From: Octopus bimaculoides
Lineage: Eukaryota
Direction of reading: 5' to 3'
NCBI RefSeq assembly: GCF_001194135.2
Contig: NC_068992.1
Span: 14,111,079 to 14,163,025 of the forward strand
DNA length: 51,947 nucleotides
Shown here piece after piece: positions 38,104 to 50,774 of the stretch. The stretch's first letter is position 1. Each line of letters opens with the position of its first letter. The notes below the pieces were generated by a model. The model was not told the DNA's origin. It searched no databases and saw only the letters and a list, made by a program, of their open reading frames with translations. A program made the position numbers and the translations under genes.

Positions 38104-38640
38104 GGACGGATCCGTATTCGACTGAATCTGTACTGATGATCACTCCACCGCTCTCCTTCAAACGGGTAGGCAAGGCAGTTTTCTTTTGCCTGGTGGCTGT
38201 GGCAAAAGAGGTTGTTTGGTGGACAAGGCTGAAAGGCATGAGGACAGATACATTGAAAAGGGAATTGAGAGTGGAGAGCGAAGTGCTGTCCCCGAGTGAA
38301 TTTATTTAAAGATTGGTGAAAGTTGCGAAAATGGCAAGAGTGGATGGTACCTCTGTCAGTGTAGACCTCTAAGCTGGAGAGAAGGAATTGGAAAGCACTT
38401 GCTCTTGGTGTTCAGGGAAATCTCGGACAGTGGGGTTCCACAATTATCCCTAGAGTTCTTCCTGTATCAGGAGGGCTACATCTTTATCATCCTCCCCGCC
38501 ATATTTTTTTTTTTAACCTTTGTATGCTATGTATGTGTCCCTTCTTTTTCAGTGTATACTTACCTTTTTATCATTTCATTATACGTAAACCTTTTTGTAG
38601 TTTCCCCCTCATCCTTCACCCTTGAGGCAAAGAAATGAAA
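38104..38640 (+). mobile_element. Probable Tx1/L1-clade LINE 3' end (ORF2 C-terminus, 3' UTR, (ATC)n/(ATT)n tail)
   Basis: 38121-38372: TESVLMITPPLSFKRVGKAVFFCLVAVAKEVVWWTRLKGMRTDTLKRELRVESEVLSPSEFI*RLVKVAKMARVDGTSVSVDL*. The KExVWxxR motif is typical of L1/Tx1 C-termini. A T-rich UTR follows, ending GAAATGAAAT(CAT)n. Confidence 0.55.
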
Positions 38641-38661
38641 TCATCATCATCGTCATCATCA

Positions 38662-38737
<76 letters not shown>

Positions 38738-38842
38738 CATTAATAATAATAATAATAATAAGACTAGTATTATTATCACTATTTTTATTACTGCTACTAC
38801 TAATATTATTATTTTGTATTACTATTATTGTTATTATTAATT

Positions 38843-38895
<53 letters not shown>

Positions 38896-38896
38896 G

Positions 38897-38946
<50 letters not shown>

Positions 38947-38985
38947 TATTTTAAAAAATGATGTANNNNNNNNNNAATGATGTAT

Positions 38986-39025
<40 letters not shown>

Positions 39026-39045
39026 TATTTTAAAAAATGATGTAT

Positions 39046-39103
<58 letters not shown>

Positions 39104-39150
39104 TTAATGCTATTATTATTATTATTATTATTATTATCATTATTATTATT
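38636..39150. repeat. Compound (ATC)n/(ATT)n/(AAT)n microsatellite with repeated GTATTTTAAAAAATGATGTA spacer
   Basis: Direct reading. Includes a small gap at 38966-38976. Confidence 0.95.
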
Positions 39151-40412
39151 TTTACGTATAGCAATGTCACCGTTGTTCATGTTCTTACTGTTGGTTTGGA
39201 AATAAATACTAAATCATTACTATGGCTGCATTGTTGGACTTGTTTCTCTTCTTCTTGCTGTCGTTGTTGTATATCTTTTCCAGTGTAGTTTATATCAGAT
39301 TACGCTAGCGCTTCTCAAAGGCTGCGCCGCAAGCGCTTTCTAAGTGAGCCGCGAAGTTATAAAAATATAATTTAAGTCTTTAGAAAATCCATATAAATAC
39401 CTGAATGTAATGAAAACGTGTTATTCATAATTTTCTTCGACAAAAGTATGGTTAATAAAATACACTACGCAATAGTTTTTTTTTTTCTGTTTTCTAACTT
39501 TTACAATTCTAAGAAATAGTTTTTATTAACTTTCTTTGCGAAGTGCGCAATTAATTTTTGAGGTTTTTTTTCATTCTCTTTCTTTTTGTATCCACTATGC
39601 TTAGCAGTCAAAATAATTGGGAATCATTAACTGACACTCTATTTTAGAAAACTTAGAGAGTTACTTGGTGGACATTTGCTTGTTATTTGTTGTCTTTATT
39701 CAAATTGTTGTTCTTAGTTGTGGGGTATGTAGTAATGATGGCTATGATGGAGATACTTGCGATGGTGGTGGTGGTAGTGGTGATGGTGGTGGTGGTGGTG
39801 GTGGTGGTGGTNNNNNNNNNNNNNNNNNNNNNNNNNNNNNNNNNNNNNNNNNNNNNNNNNNNNNNNNNNNNGGTGGTGCTGGTGGTGCTGGTGGTGGTGC
39901 TGGTGGTGGTGGTTAATCATAGCAATAGTTGTCAGGGATGGTGTTGCTGCTAAGGTAAAATTTCATTTCTAAAATCACACAAACGATTAGTCTCTGAAAA
40001 TATAAAGGAATAGAGGAAAGATAAAGAAAAAAAAGGGTTTGGGAGGAGGTCGAAAGAATGAATGAAGAAAGGAGAAACGCGGGAAATAAATACATAAATT
40101 ATTAGATAACTAAAAATACTCTTATTTTCGGATTAAGACAGTTATATATTTATGTATTCATAGTCAGGAATATAGAGAAAGCCTCCATAATTGATCAAGA
40201 ACTTCGGGTCAGAACAAGAACAAAATACCAAAGCACTGGTGTCTCAGAATGTCACAGCAAATAAAAGAAAGCGAAAGAAAGAAAATACTAACAATCAAAA
40301 TGTTCCAGTAAGGGTTGAGACCATTTATGGTGGTTCTTCGCATCACTCCACATGAATTATTCTAAGGCACCAGGGGTAAACAAGCCATCTCCTACACACT
40401 TACACTCTCTGT

Positions 40413-40443
<31 letters not shown>

Positions 40444-40484
40444 CGTATGTGTATACCAGCATAATGCCTCTCCCAAGGTTTAAT

Positions 40485-40525
<41 letters not shown>

Positions 40526-41852
40526 GTATATATACGTATATATTCAAATAAGCGTGACTGGAAGAATGAATATATAAATCTCCTAAAAAATGATGATAAC
40601 TAAGAAAAAAAAGTCGATGTATATTTTAAACGTCTTTTTGTTCATTTTTATCTCCCTTTAAATATCACCTACTGAAGAATACAAATTTGACCATTACGAT
40701 GTTGTATTTATGAATATCTTGGTCCATTTTTAAGAATTATTTTTAAGGAATATTAAGATAAAAACTAAAAGCCTTTTTAACATCCAATCTCCTTCATTTC
40801 ATTGATATGAATAAATTTGTTGAACGTTGTTAATAAGTTAAGTCATATATTGATTATATATATATGTATATATATAAATAAATTCTGTACGACTCTTTTA
40901 CTCTTTCCTTTAGTCCCCTACACTCTTTCTTCGTTCCTTCCACTTTTCTTTTTCTCACTCCCACCCTCTCTCACATTTCTTGGACTTCCCTTCATTCTCA
41001 TCACTTTCCCTCCTCCTTTACCTCACTCTGTCCATTTCATTTTTTCTCTTTTTCTCGTCCCTCCCTAATTCTTCAAATCCTCTACCCCCTACCTCTCGCT
41101 TCTCCTTCCATATGTGACCGGTGTTCGGCCAAGCCTGACCTTCCTTTTTTGGTCCGAAAACCATCCTTGTAGCATCTCTTATATTCCTTCCTATGACTTT
41201 CACCTTCTATGTTCCTGCCGTAAGGCTTCACTTCCACACACGCCAGCTTAATTTAATTCGTCCTTAGTCGAAAGACACCTGTTGTTAATGTCCTGTTGTT
41301 TGTATTTGTAATTGTGTACCATTTCTCCCTTTCTTTTTTGTCCTTGTTTTCGTATACATTCGCTTGCTTTCTTCCAAAGAATCTAGTGATCTTAGCATAC
41401 ATATGTATGTATGTATGTATGTATAAAGAGATTGTAAAGGTGGACATGCAATTCCTGGAGCGAATGATGTGTTGTCGCCTCGAGTAAAGTACTTCTTTTA
41501 ACGCAACTTCACTCGGTCAACTGTGATACCAGCTGGCTGCTGGGATCACCTTCTCTCCTCCTGCAGGTTACATCATAGATGTTCCGCTGAATTAAGGGCT
41601 GGAGACCCAGATGGTGCTCAAGACTGCATTATATATAGTATATGTATATATGATTGAATGAGGTTGTGTCAAGCATGTACAGAGAAAAAAAGAGAAATGT
41701 ATAGACGAAGACCTACATAGACAGATAGATATACGAAAATCTATTCACATACACAATTGTATATCTATATCTATGTTGAAAAATATATGTATGTAATCAT
41801 ATATGCTTGAACATACATGTACGTGTGGGGGGGTATACACGCGTGCAGTCAT

Positions 41853-41907
<55 letters not shown>

Positions 41908-42610
41908 TGTATATATGTGTGTATGTATTTATATATGAGTTTGTATGTGTATGAATGTGTGTATAGAATCTAAGTATTGAAATGCATATATAAAATACAT
42001 ATATGAAATTGTGTGCGCATGTGGGGGGGGGGGTATTGGTGTGTCTATAATCATTTTACATATTGTTGGAAATGTGTTTTATTCATATTTATCTATACAA
42101 ACTATGCAAATATATTCATACTGCATAATTTAAATATGTATGAATTGTTTAACTGTTTCACTGGGCCAAAACCTTTAAACATTTCAGTTGATCATATCGA
42201 TTATTAATATTTCATCTGGTACTTATTTTATCGATCTCGAAGGCGGACGAAAGGTAAGTGACATCGATCGAAATATATTATATTATCGTTTGATTCACAG
42301 CTTATTTAAAATCGCACGCTCCCCTCTCATAAATACATACTACATACACACACACATCACACACACACACACACGCATACACATACATGCACACACTCAC
42401 ACATACGAACACATAAACACTACCCCTTTATTATTAATTTATTCTGAGAAGACTTTGATCAACATGAAGTTATGGTATACGATGCCTATACAAGTTGCTG
42501 CCCTTCCATCGCAAACCCCTGTGCCACATGATGGTAGAATATCCTCCCAAGAATGCACTTTTACCTATACACATATACATGTGTATATATTCCCTGAGTA
42601 TGTGTCTATA

Positions 42611-42998
42611 GTGGAGGTGCAATGGTCCAGTGGTTAGGGCAGCGGACTCGCGGTCATAGGATCGCGGTTTCGATTCCAAGACCGGGTGTTGTGAGTGTTT
42701 ATTGAGCGAAAACACCTAAAGCTCCATGAGGCTCCGCAAGGGATGGAGGCGAACCCTGCTGTACTCTTTCACCGCAACTTTCTCTCACTCTTTCTTCCTG
42801 TTTCTGTTGTACCTGTAATTCAAAGGGCCAGCCTTGTCACACTGTGTCACGCTGAATTCCCCCGAGAACTACGTTAAGGGTACACGTGTCTGTGGAGTGC
42901 TCAGCCACTTGCCCGTTAATTTCACGAGCAGGCTGTTCCGTTGATCGGATCAACTGGAACCCTCGACGTCGTAAGCGACGGAATTCCAACCAAAAAAC
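42611..42998 (+). mobile_element. SINE family C, full length, 9-bp TSD
   Basis: Same head and tail (GTTGATCGGATCAACTGGAACCCTCGACGTCGTAAGCGACGG). TSD GTGTCTATA at 42602-42610 and 42999-43007. Confidence 0.92.
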
Positions 42999-45069
42999 GT
43001 GTCTATATGTGTATGGGTGCGTGCATTTGTGCCTCTTGTGTGTGTGTGCGCGCGCGTTATATATTTAAACTTAATTCTTTTTCTTACCGCTGCAGTTTCA
43101 CGCTACTACAATATAAGATCATGAGTATTCCGGGTAGCCTTTATACGCATTGGATAAGGCCCATGCTTGTGCAGAATTCATTTGACCTTTCAACTGTGCC
43201 TGTCTGCCAATTACGTCATTGATACATTCGTTAACTAAAATTGTCCGTCTAGATATTTTCATACATGCTGTGGAAGGTCTTTGCATTTTATGATCCCACT
43301 GATATTTATTCTGCTGTGGAGTTATCGATTTTTTACTTAGTTTGAATTGCCTGTTAGTTGTTATTGGTATATTCTTCATGGAGAAGTATATAGGATGTGG
43401 CTGACTCTTTTCTTGTTTTCAGTTAATTTCAAGGAAGCATTCCCATCGGAAGGGATTTATAACATTAATGTTTGGTTTTATATCGAGTTAGAGAAAAAAA
43501 GCAATTTAACACTGAACTAAAGGATTACTCTATACTTTTTAGTAGAGTTCATGTTTATTAAACTTTTACAAGGAAAAGGTTAAAAGTGACATCAAAGTTT
43601 CGGCATGCTTATATTCGCCAGACTGTGCTATGCTGGCTTTATATAGTATATATTTGATTTTTGTTTTCGTATATAACGTGGCAAAAAAACATTAATACAT
43701 TTGTGTGTTAATATAATATGATATAACATATATATATACAGAGAGAGAAAGAGAGAGAGAGGGAGACTTTTGCATCCGCACCCTTATCAAATATACAAAG
43801 CGATGCGATATACAAATATTGGATTGAACTTCTGGAGCGTGTCATATACATATGACAATATTGTCCTGCTACATAAACTATTAATGACAATTCTTCTAAC
43901 ATCTATGATTAATCTATCACTTGCTTCATTATTTTTCCAATATTTGCTCTTATTAGTTACTGATCGAATGATATCTTCTTTGATATCCTGATTCAAGAAA
44001 ACTCATACATAAAAATCGTTCTGTGTTGCTGTATTGTATTTATTTAATATTTTGCTCTGGCATGAGTCGTTTCCGATTTGTTTGTTGTCGGCAAATATTG
44101 TTTTTCGTTGTGTTTTTATTTCTTTTGATGTCACAAACCACTGTTTCGTACTTCTGTCATGTTTGGTTTTAATATCACAGGTCACTGCTCTATTTGATTA
44201 TATCATATCTCGCTTGTCTTTCGTGATTCAGTCATTTTTCGTCTGTTTCAGTCAATCTTTGACTTTTAGCCCATCTGAACGTATTCTTTAATAAGAATTG
44301 CCAAATCTTATAAGTCGTTTCAAACAACTTTGTCTATCATCTGCCACCGTTTTATTTCTATCTCAGGTTCACATGTGACAAGTTATTTTGCTTTCTATCT
44401 CTTCAAGAACAACAACAATACAAGCAACAACAAAAATTATATACAATTTAATATTTTTCGTTTTGCTTCACATCAATAAGTTGTGAAATTTCTCACCATT
44501 TCTCTTCGTTTCTTCTTCTTCCTCTTTTTATTTCTTCCTCTTCGTAACTATATATAACCCTTGGTAATTCTCTCTGTTTCACTTTCCCTGTCCTTTCGTC
44601 TCTCTCCTGTTTCTCTCTTTCTTTTTCTCCTGTCTCGCTTTCTCATGGGCCACCTCTGTTTTCCACTATCACTTTCCTGACAATGACAATATCTACCGTA
44701 AGCTATGCTTCAAATTGCGCTCCACTTCACTCACTACTTACCTATCTATTTATCCATTTACCCTCTTTCCCTCTCTCTTTCTCTTTCTCTTTCCCTCTCT
44801 CTCACACACACACACATTTCCAATTATTATCTTTTATCTTCTTAATCTCTCACATTCTGCTTTTCACTCCTTCTTCCTCGATATCATCTTCAGTTCCCTC
44901 TATCTATTCCTACCTTTCTATAGTACTTCTTTCTTTCTCTCCCTCTGTATTCCTTACCATAACTCCATATTTATTATTTCTATCAGCATCTTTCCGTATT
45001 CTTGTCAGAATCTCTTTTTGGGTTCAAACCTTGGTGTGCACTCTCTTTTCCTTCTCTGATTCTTTATTT

Positions 45070-45129
45070 TGATTCTTCTTCTTTTCTTCTTCTTTTTCTT
45101 CTTCTTCTTCTTCTTCTTCTTCTTCTTCT

Positions 45130-45168
<39 letters not shown>

Positions 45169-45330
45169 ACTCTATCTCTATCTATATCTCTATCTCTCTC
45201 TCTATCTCTCTCTTTCTCTCCCTCTCCCTCTCTCTCCCTCTCTCTCTCTCTTTCTCTCTCTCTCTCTTTATTTATCTATCTATCTATATCTGTCTACCTG
45301 TCTCTTTCTCTCTCTCTCTCTTTCATCTAG
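45070..45330. repeat. (CTT)n-(CT)n pyrimidine tract
   Basis: Direct reading. Part of a pyrimidine-biased zone from about 44500. Confidence 0.95.
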
Positions 45331-45844
45331 TCTTTTTGAACGTATCTATTTCTCTTCTGTACTCTTTTCCAATTTTCTTTTAGATCCTTCCCTTCTTATG
45401 TCATATATACCATGTGTGAGTGCAGCTACCTGCTACTGCATATAAGTATATCTCTCAATACATCTACAAATGCTTATGTGCATGCGAACGTCAGAATACG
45501 CGAGTGCGCACGCGTATGCATTTTTTATTATTATTTGTTTTAATAATTCTTTGGACATCATTGCAGATTTCACGCCACTCTGTTCCAACTTCTACATTAC
45601 CCAAGTTTAAAACTTTTCCGACATTTCCAAAGACATCAACGGAGAACTAGAAGCAACATATCATACGCGAAAGATTTCCATATTTTTGCGTTGTCATCTC
45701 ACCTGTCTCAAAATCATTCCAAAAACTACCACGGCATGACGACTCTAATGATTTATAGAAATCTTTCTGAGTAGAAGACAAAAAAAATAGCATAAAAATA
45801 TATCAAGAAAACGGAAATTATATATGAAATATAGCTTAGATACA

Positions 45845-45847
<3 letters not shown>

Positions 45848-45902
<55 letters not shown>

Positions 45903-46076
45903 CAACAACAATAGCAACAACAACAATAATAAAACTGCTAATAATAAATATGAATTGAAATAACAACTGAATTATTAAGAATAAAATATACATTTTATCA
46001 TGTATGTGTAGGTTTTAGAGACATATTATTATTATTATTATTATTATCATTATTATTATTATTATTATTGTTATTA

Positions 46077-46161
<85 letters not shown>
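45848..46161. repeat. (AAT)n and (TAT)n microsatellites
   Basis: Direct reading: about 45848-45925 and 46025-46161. Confidence 0.95.
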
Positions 46162-46747
46162 CGCTACTGTTCTTATGGCTGTTATTGTTGTGGTTGTTTT
46201 TTTGTTTTGTTCATGTTGATTTTTTTTTAATACTTATGACATGAGAGAGAGATATCAGAATTTTATTTATTTCTTACATTTCAGTAACAACAACAGCAAC
46301 AAAAAAACAATGAGAATCATATATATATAACACTTTCAAGTTTACTTTAAAATGTATTTCATACTGTTTCTGCACATTCATTCACGCACATCAGACGCAT
46401 ACGAACACACACACACACACACACACACACAGAACAGGAAAGCATATACATACACTACATACACATGTGTGTGTGTATGTATATATGTATATATATATTT
46501 ATACATGTATGTGTGTGTGCATGTGTGTGTATGTGTATATATATGTGCAGTAGGGCTAAGAGACAATAACTTGGGAAGTGGTTTGCTTCATATATGAACA
46601 AACGACAGAGTCTCAGATGTATAACGCAGTGATATGAAACCTACAATTAACAGACATTATACTTCCAAGTAAAAACGAAAACCTCGCTATAAGATCTATC
46701 TAAAAATATAAAGCCTGGAAAGAAGGGGGGAATAACTCTAATAAATC

Positions 46748-46961
46748 GCAGCGAGCTGGCAGAAACGTTAGCACGCCGGGCGAAATACTTAGCGATATTT
46801 CATCTGTCTTTACGTTCTGAGTTCAAATTCCGCCGAGGTCGACTTTGCATTTCATCCTTTCGGGGTCGATAAATTAAGTACCAGTTGCGTACTGGATCAT
46901 CTAATCGTGTGACCCCCCCTCCCCAATATTTCGGGCCTTGTGCCTATAGTAGAAAAGAATA
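46748..46961 (+). mobile_element. SINE family B, relatively intact full-length copy
   Basis: GCAGCGAGCTGGCAGAAACGTTAGCACGCCGGGCG...GAGTTCAAATTCCGCCGAGGTCGACTTTGCATTTCATCCTTTCGGGGTCGATAAATTAAGTACCAG...GGCCTTGTGCCTATAGTAGAAAAG. Confidence 0.92.
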
Positions 46962-47619
46962 GTAACATAAATTCCTTATTCTATGTAGGTTAAACAGTCG
47001 TTGTTTTATTATTATTAGTATCTTCAAGTATATCGTATATAAGATGCGTTGAAATAATTCAATGCAACTCGTTTTGGTTGGCTCCAATCCATTACAATGA
47101 TTAAGAAATTTCTGTAATACGTTCTTAATTGTTACATGAGGAATAATCTGAGTTGAGCAATCGATGCTATCGTATATTTAATATTCGGCAGATTCTCATA
47201 TCTGTATAATTTACTTATCTTCCAACTTAATGGAATTAAATGCCGTCTGATTAGGTTTTTCTAAGCATTAGCAATGCGTCAAACGAGAATATCCTTTATA
47301 AACATATGTATGTGTGTGTGCGTGTGTGTGGGGGCGTGCCTGTGTGTTTGTGTGTGCAAGTATGTGTGTATATCTGTATGTGTGTATGTAAGTATGTATA
47401 TGGTGGTGGTGGTGGTGGTGGTTCTTCGAACAACGATGAGTATTCAGTTGTTCGAACTGATAAGTTACCTGCTCCTGAATTAACGAATATATTTGTGTGT
47501 ATGTGTGTGTGTACGTGTGTGTGTGTGTGTGAGTGTGTGTGTGTGTGTGTTTGTGTTTTAGTATACTGTAGATACGTGTCTGCTTTGCGTAATTCTCAAA
47601 CAAAAAGAAGCGTAAACTC

Positions 47620-47790
47620 GTGTATGGCAAGGCTGCGCATTTTGAATTACAAGGAAACCCGTTCAACCAATTTCACTGACAAAATCACGTGCCTCTCCCG
47701 GCTACAGAATATGGCATTTGCCATGGATGCCATGCAGTGGAATCGAATCTGGGACATTATATTGATGAAGCTGCCTTTTTGACCATACGC
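47620..47790 (-). mobile_element. Highly diverged SINE family A head
   Basis: The reverse complement GCGCAGGCGTATGGTCAAAAAGGCAGCTTC...AGATTCGATTCCACTGCATGGCATCCATGGCAAATG...GTGAAATTGGTTGAACGG aligns loosely with family A. Confidence 0.55.
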
Positions 47791-48524
47791 CTGCGCTACG
47801 TTTTCATATTATTTGTGTTGTGTGCTGTGTGTGTGTGTGCAGTGCACTCTGACTGTGGTCGTGAATAAAATAGGATGGATTAGAAAATTTGAACTTGAAA
47901 TTAAGGAATACGAAGAAGGAGACTCCTGTTTTTCTATCTTCAATCGCATTGTTTACATGGACGTGTTCGTGTACGAAGCGTCCTAACTTTAAGTACTGGC
48001 TCTAAATTCAATAGGAAATCTGTAGAGATATGTTTAAGACTATAGAAAAGATATATTTAGTGTCGTATAATATTACTCATACGGTTATAATTTCAAACAA
48101 ATTTAGGAAATGTGTTAAAACCACGATGTAAGCGGAATAGTGTCAGAAAATGAAAAGATTGCCGACTAATTAGTCAACCTCTGTCTATAGGGCATTGCCG
48201 TGTAATTAGCAAGTAAATTATATAAACCTAACTAGAAATGATTTTTCAGTAATAGAACGTATGACACTGATTAATTATCAGAGATAAGAAAAGCAGCTTC
48301 TCATGAAAATGTAGATAGTAGCGAACAATGTTGCGTTTTCAAATTTTTATCATTTTTTAAAGTTTTTTGTTGTTGGTTTCTCTTGGTGAGGTGAGTGTGG
48401 GCACGTTAGTAAAAGTTAACAAAAGAACGAGCTTTGGAAAAAATTCAAGTACGTGAGGTAAAAACAAAAGATGGTAAGTGAAGAATTATTTAGAGAGGAA
48501 CCGGTTTGGTTAATGATAATGTGG

Positions 48525-50100
48525 TTATTGAATTAGACCCAAGGCCCGCAATTTTGAGGGGCATAGTGTTAGCTGATGGCATTGATCTCAGTACTTGATT
48601 GGTACTTTATATTATCGATCGCGAAAGGATGAAAGGCAAAGTTTACACAGGAATAATTTGAACTCAAATACCGCAAAGCACTTAGTCCGACGTTCTAAAG
48701 ATTCTGGTTATCCGCCGCCTTCGATGGATTAATATTGTTAATAACAATTCTTTGTCGTTTTTGTGCAAGGATAGAAAGTTTAAGAGAGTGGGTTAGTCTA
48801 GCACATCAATTCCAGTGTTTGACTGGTTATTTCTTTTATCGACCCCGAAAGGTTGAAAGACAAAGCTGACGTCAGCGAAATTTGAATTCTGAACATAAAG
48901 ATCCGGAAGAATTACCGCAAAACATTTTATCCGGCACGCTAACGATTCTGCAAGCTGACTCCTTAATGATAATTTTTGCCCACTCTAAGCACAAGGCCTG
49001 AAGTTTGAGAGTAGGATAGTCGACTGCATCGATCCCAGTGAATCAGCTAAGTCATATATTTATTGACCCCCCCCCCCCAAAAAAAAATAACGAAAGACGA
49101 ATTTGATCTCCACGGCATTTGAACTCCGAATATAAAGCCTGAAGAAATACCGCTAAGCATTTTGTCCGGCATGCTAGCAATTCTACCGGTTCATCATCTT
49201 CTTGATTAATAATGAAAAATAATCATTTCTACTAAAGGCACAAGACCTGAAATTTGGAGGGAGAGGAGTACTTAATTACATCGGCTCCAGTGTTTCACTG
49301 ATACTTAATTTATCGACCCCGAAATTATGAAAGTCGACCGCGGCGGAATTTGAACTCAGAACCTTCGACGGGCGAAATACCTCTAAGAATTTCGTCCAGC
49401 GTCCTAACGATTCTGCCAGCCCGCTGCCTTTAATAGTCGTTCCTACTCTAAGCACAAGGCCCGAAATTTTGGCGGAGGGGTTCAGTCGATTAGATCGACC
49501 CCAGTACGCAAATAGTACTTAATTTATCGATCCTGAAAGGATGAAAGGCAAAGTCGACCTGGCGGAATTTGAACTTAGAACGCCCGGCGTGCTAACGCTT
49601 CTGCTAGCCCGTGGCCTTTAATAATGATAATAATAATCCTTTCTACCATAGGCACAATGCCTGAAAATCGCCTGAAAACGATTCTACCAGCTCGCCGTCT
49701 TTGCCCTAATTGTAACAATAATAATAATTTGTTAATTATGTACAATGTATGTAAATTGGGGGAGAGATAATTCCATTAAATTCAGTCGGTACTTAACTGC
49801 TTCTTTATTTCATCGACCCCGAATGGGTGAAAATCCCAACGGTAGGATTGGAACTCAGAAAATAAAGTGTCATAATAAAAGCCAGAGGGTGTTTTGTTGC
49901 AACGATTCTGCCGATTATTAATGATGGTTTCTGATTCGGGTATAAGGCCAGCAATTTTGATGCGCGGGTGCCTATTCGATATTAGCAACTCAAGCACATG
50001 ATTGGTACTTTTAAAAGACAAAATTGACTTCGGTGAGATTTGAACTTAGAACGTAAAGAAACAAAATAGGTACCACAAGACACAATAATTCTGTCTCGCG
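48525..50100 (-). mobile_element. Head-to-tail array of about 8 diverged family B SINEs
   Basis: Approximate units: 48525-48721, 48748-48964, 48972-49200, 49221-49430, 49435-49618, 49634-49701 (tail plus head only), 49750-49915, 49928-50100. Most carry ATTTGAACT (B-box reverse complement) and CGATTCTGC-like A-box reverse complement, and several are separated by short AAT-rich spacers. Confidence 0.85.
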
Positions 50101-50774
50101 TAGAATGATGTTCCTTCTATGACTTGTTTTTCTTTTCTAGTTAATCCCCCATGTCCTAGATCTTCACTGGCTTTTTATGCCGTCAAACCTCAGCTCAACT
50201 GTAATATTTTTAATGCTTTCTTTGACAAAGAAAACGCTAACATTGTTCATACCAGCGGCTCTCGGTCGAATCGCTCTTCATATTTCTTTTCTTCTGTACT
50301 CAATGTGTTTTGAAATAGAATGTTTTCTCATTTTATTTTATGTATGTTCTGTGTATTACACTGTTGGTTTTGCACTTTTTCTTTCGAGATTCGTGGTTCA
50401 AATTTTTATAGCTAAACACATTTTTTAGGTAAACTACGTGGAGAAACAAAATAAGTCTAAAAAAGGATTTTTTTTCTTTTTCGTCTAAACCTTATATGGA
50501 TATATTACAAAAGTTTTGCAACTCATTGTATGCTTCACGTTCTACAGAACTATTCCATGTTGTAAAAATTTTCCGTTTTAAAAAGTTACTAGAAAATACG
50601 TTTGAGGTTTGTAGTAAGTATTGATATTGTTTTTGTAGTTGTTGTTGCTGTTATTGTAAAAATTATTAATATTATATTAACATTAAAAGTATCCCCTCAG
50701 TATTTAATTGGGAAATGAAACTTCTGATATAAAACCACCTTTATAAAAGGGAAAAGTTCGAACTAAAACCTAAT

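Larger units (their letters stand above)
700..39871. other. Sixteen assembly gaps (N runs) scattered over this span
   Basis: Approximately 700-1290, 1826-2733, 3510-3973, 5730-6069, 9509-10445, 11385-11926, 16151-16160, 19308-19527, 21944-22180, 24474-24616, 29939-30077, 31977-32275, 35001-35111, 37268-37698, 38966-38976, 39812-39871. Most are bordered by (TA)n or other microsatellites. Confidence 0.98.

Noticed and set aside
39305-39670. hAT-like left terminus TAGCGCTTCTCAAAG
   Set aside because: No convincing right terminus or TSD.
560-39953. Long ORFs in the track made of YI/IY, CV, TH, poly-N/I/L/Y or X runs
   Set aside because: They are translations of microsatellites and N gaps, not genes.
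42611-42685. tRNA gene (also 26014-26085)
   Set aside because: The tRNA-like head continues into a SINE body bounded by TSDs, and I could not form a proper acceptor stem.
43780-44400. A-rich minus-strand stretch resembling a LINE endonuclease-RT linker (KQWF..., SKYWK)
   Set aside because: The motifs are too short to assign; BLASTX is needed.
47570-47782. Protein-like ORF end (RYVSALRNSQ...IWDIILMKLPF)
   Set aside because: The minus strand aligns with a diverged family A SINE head.
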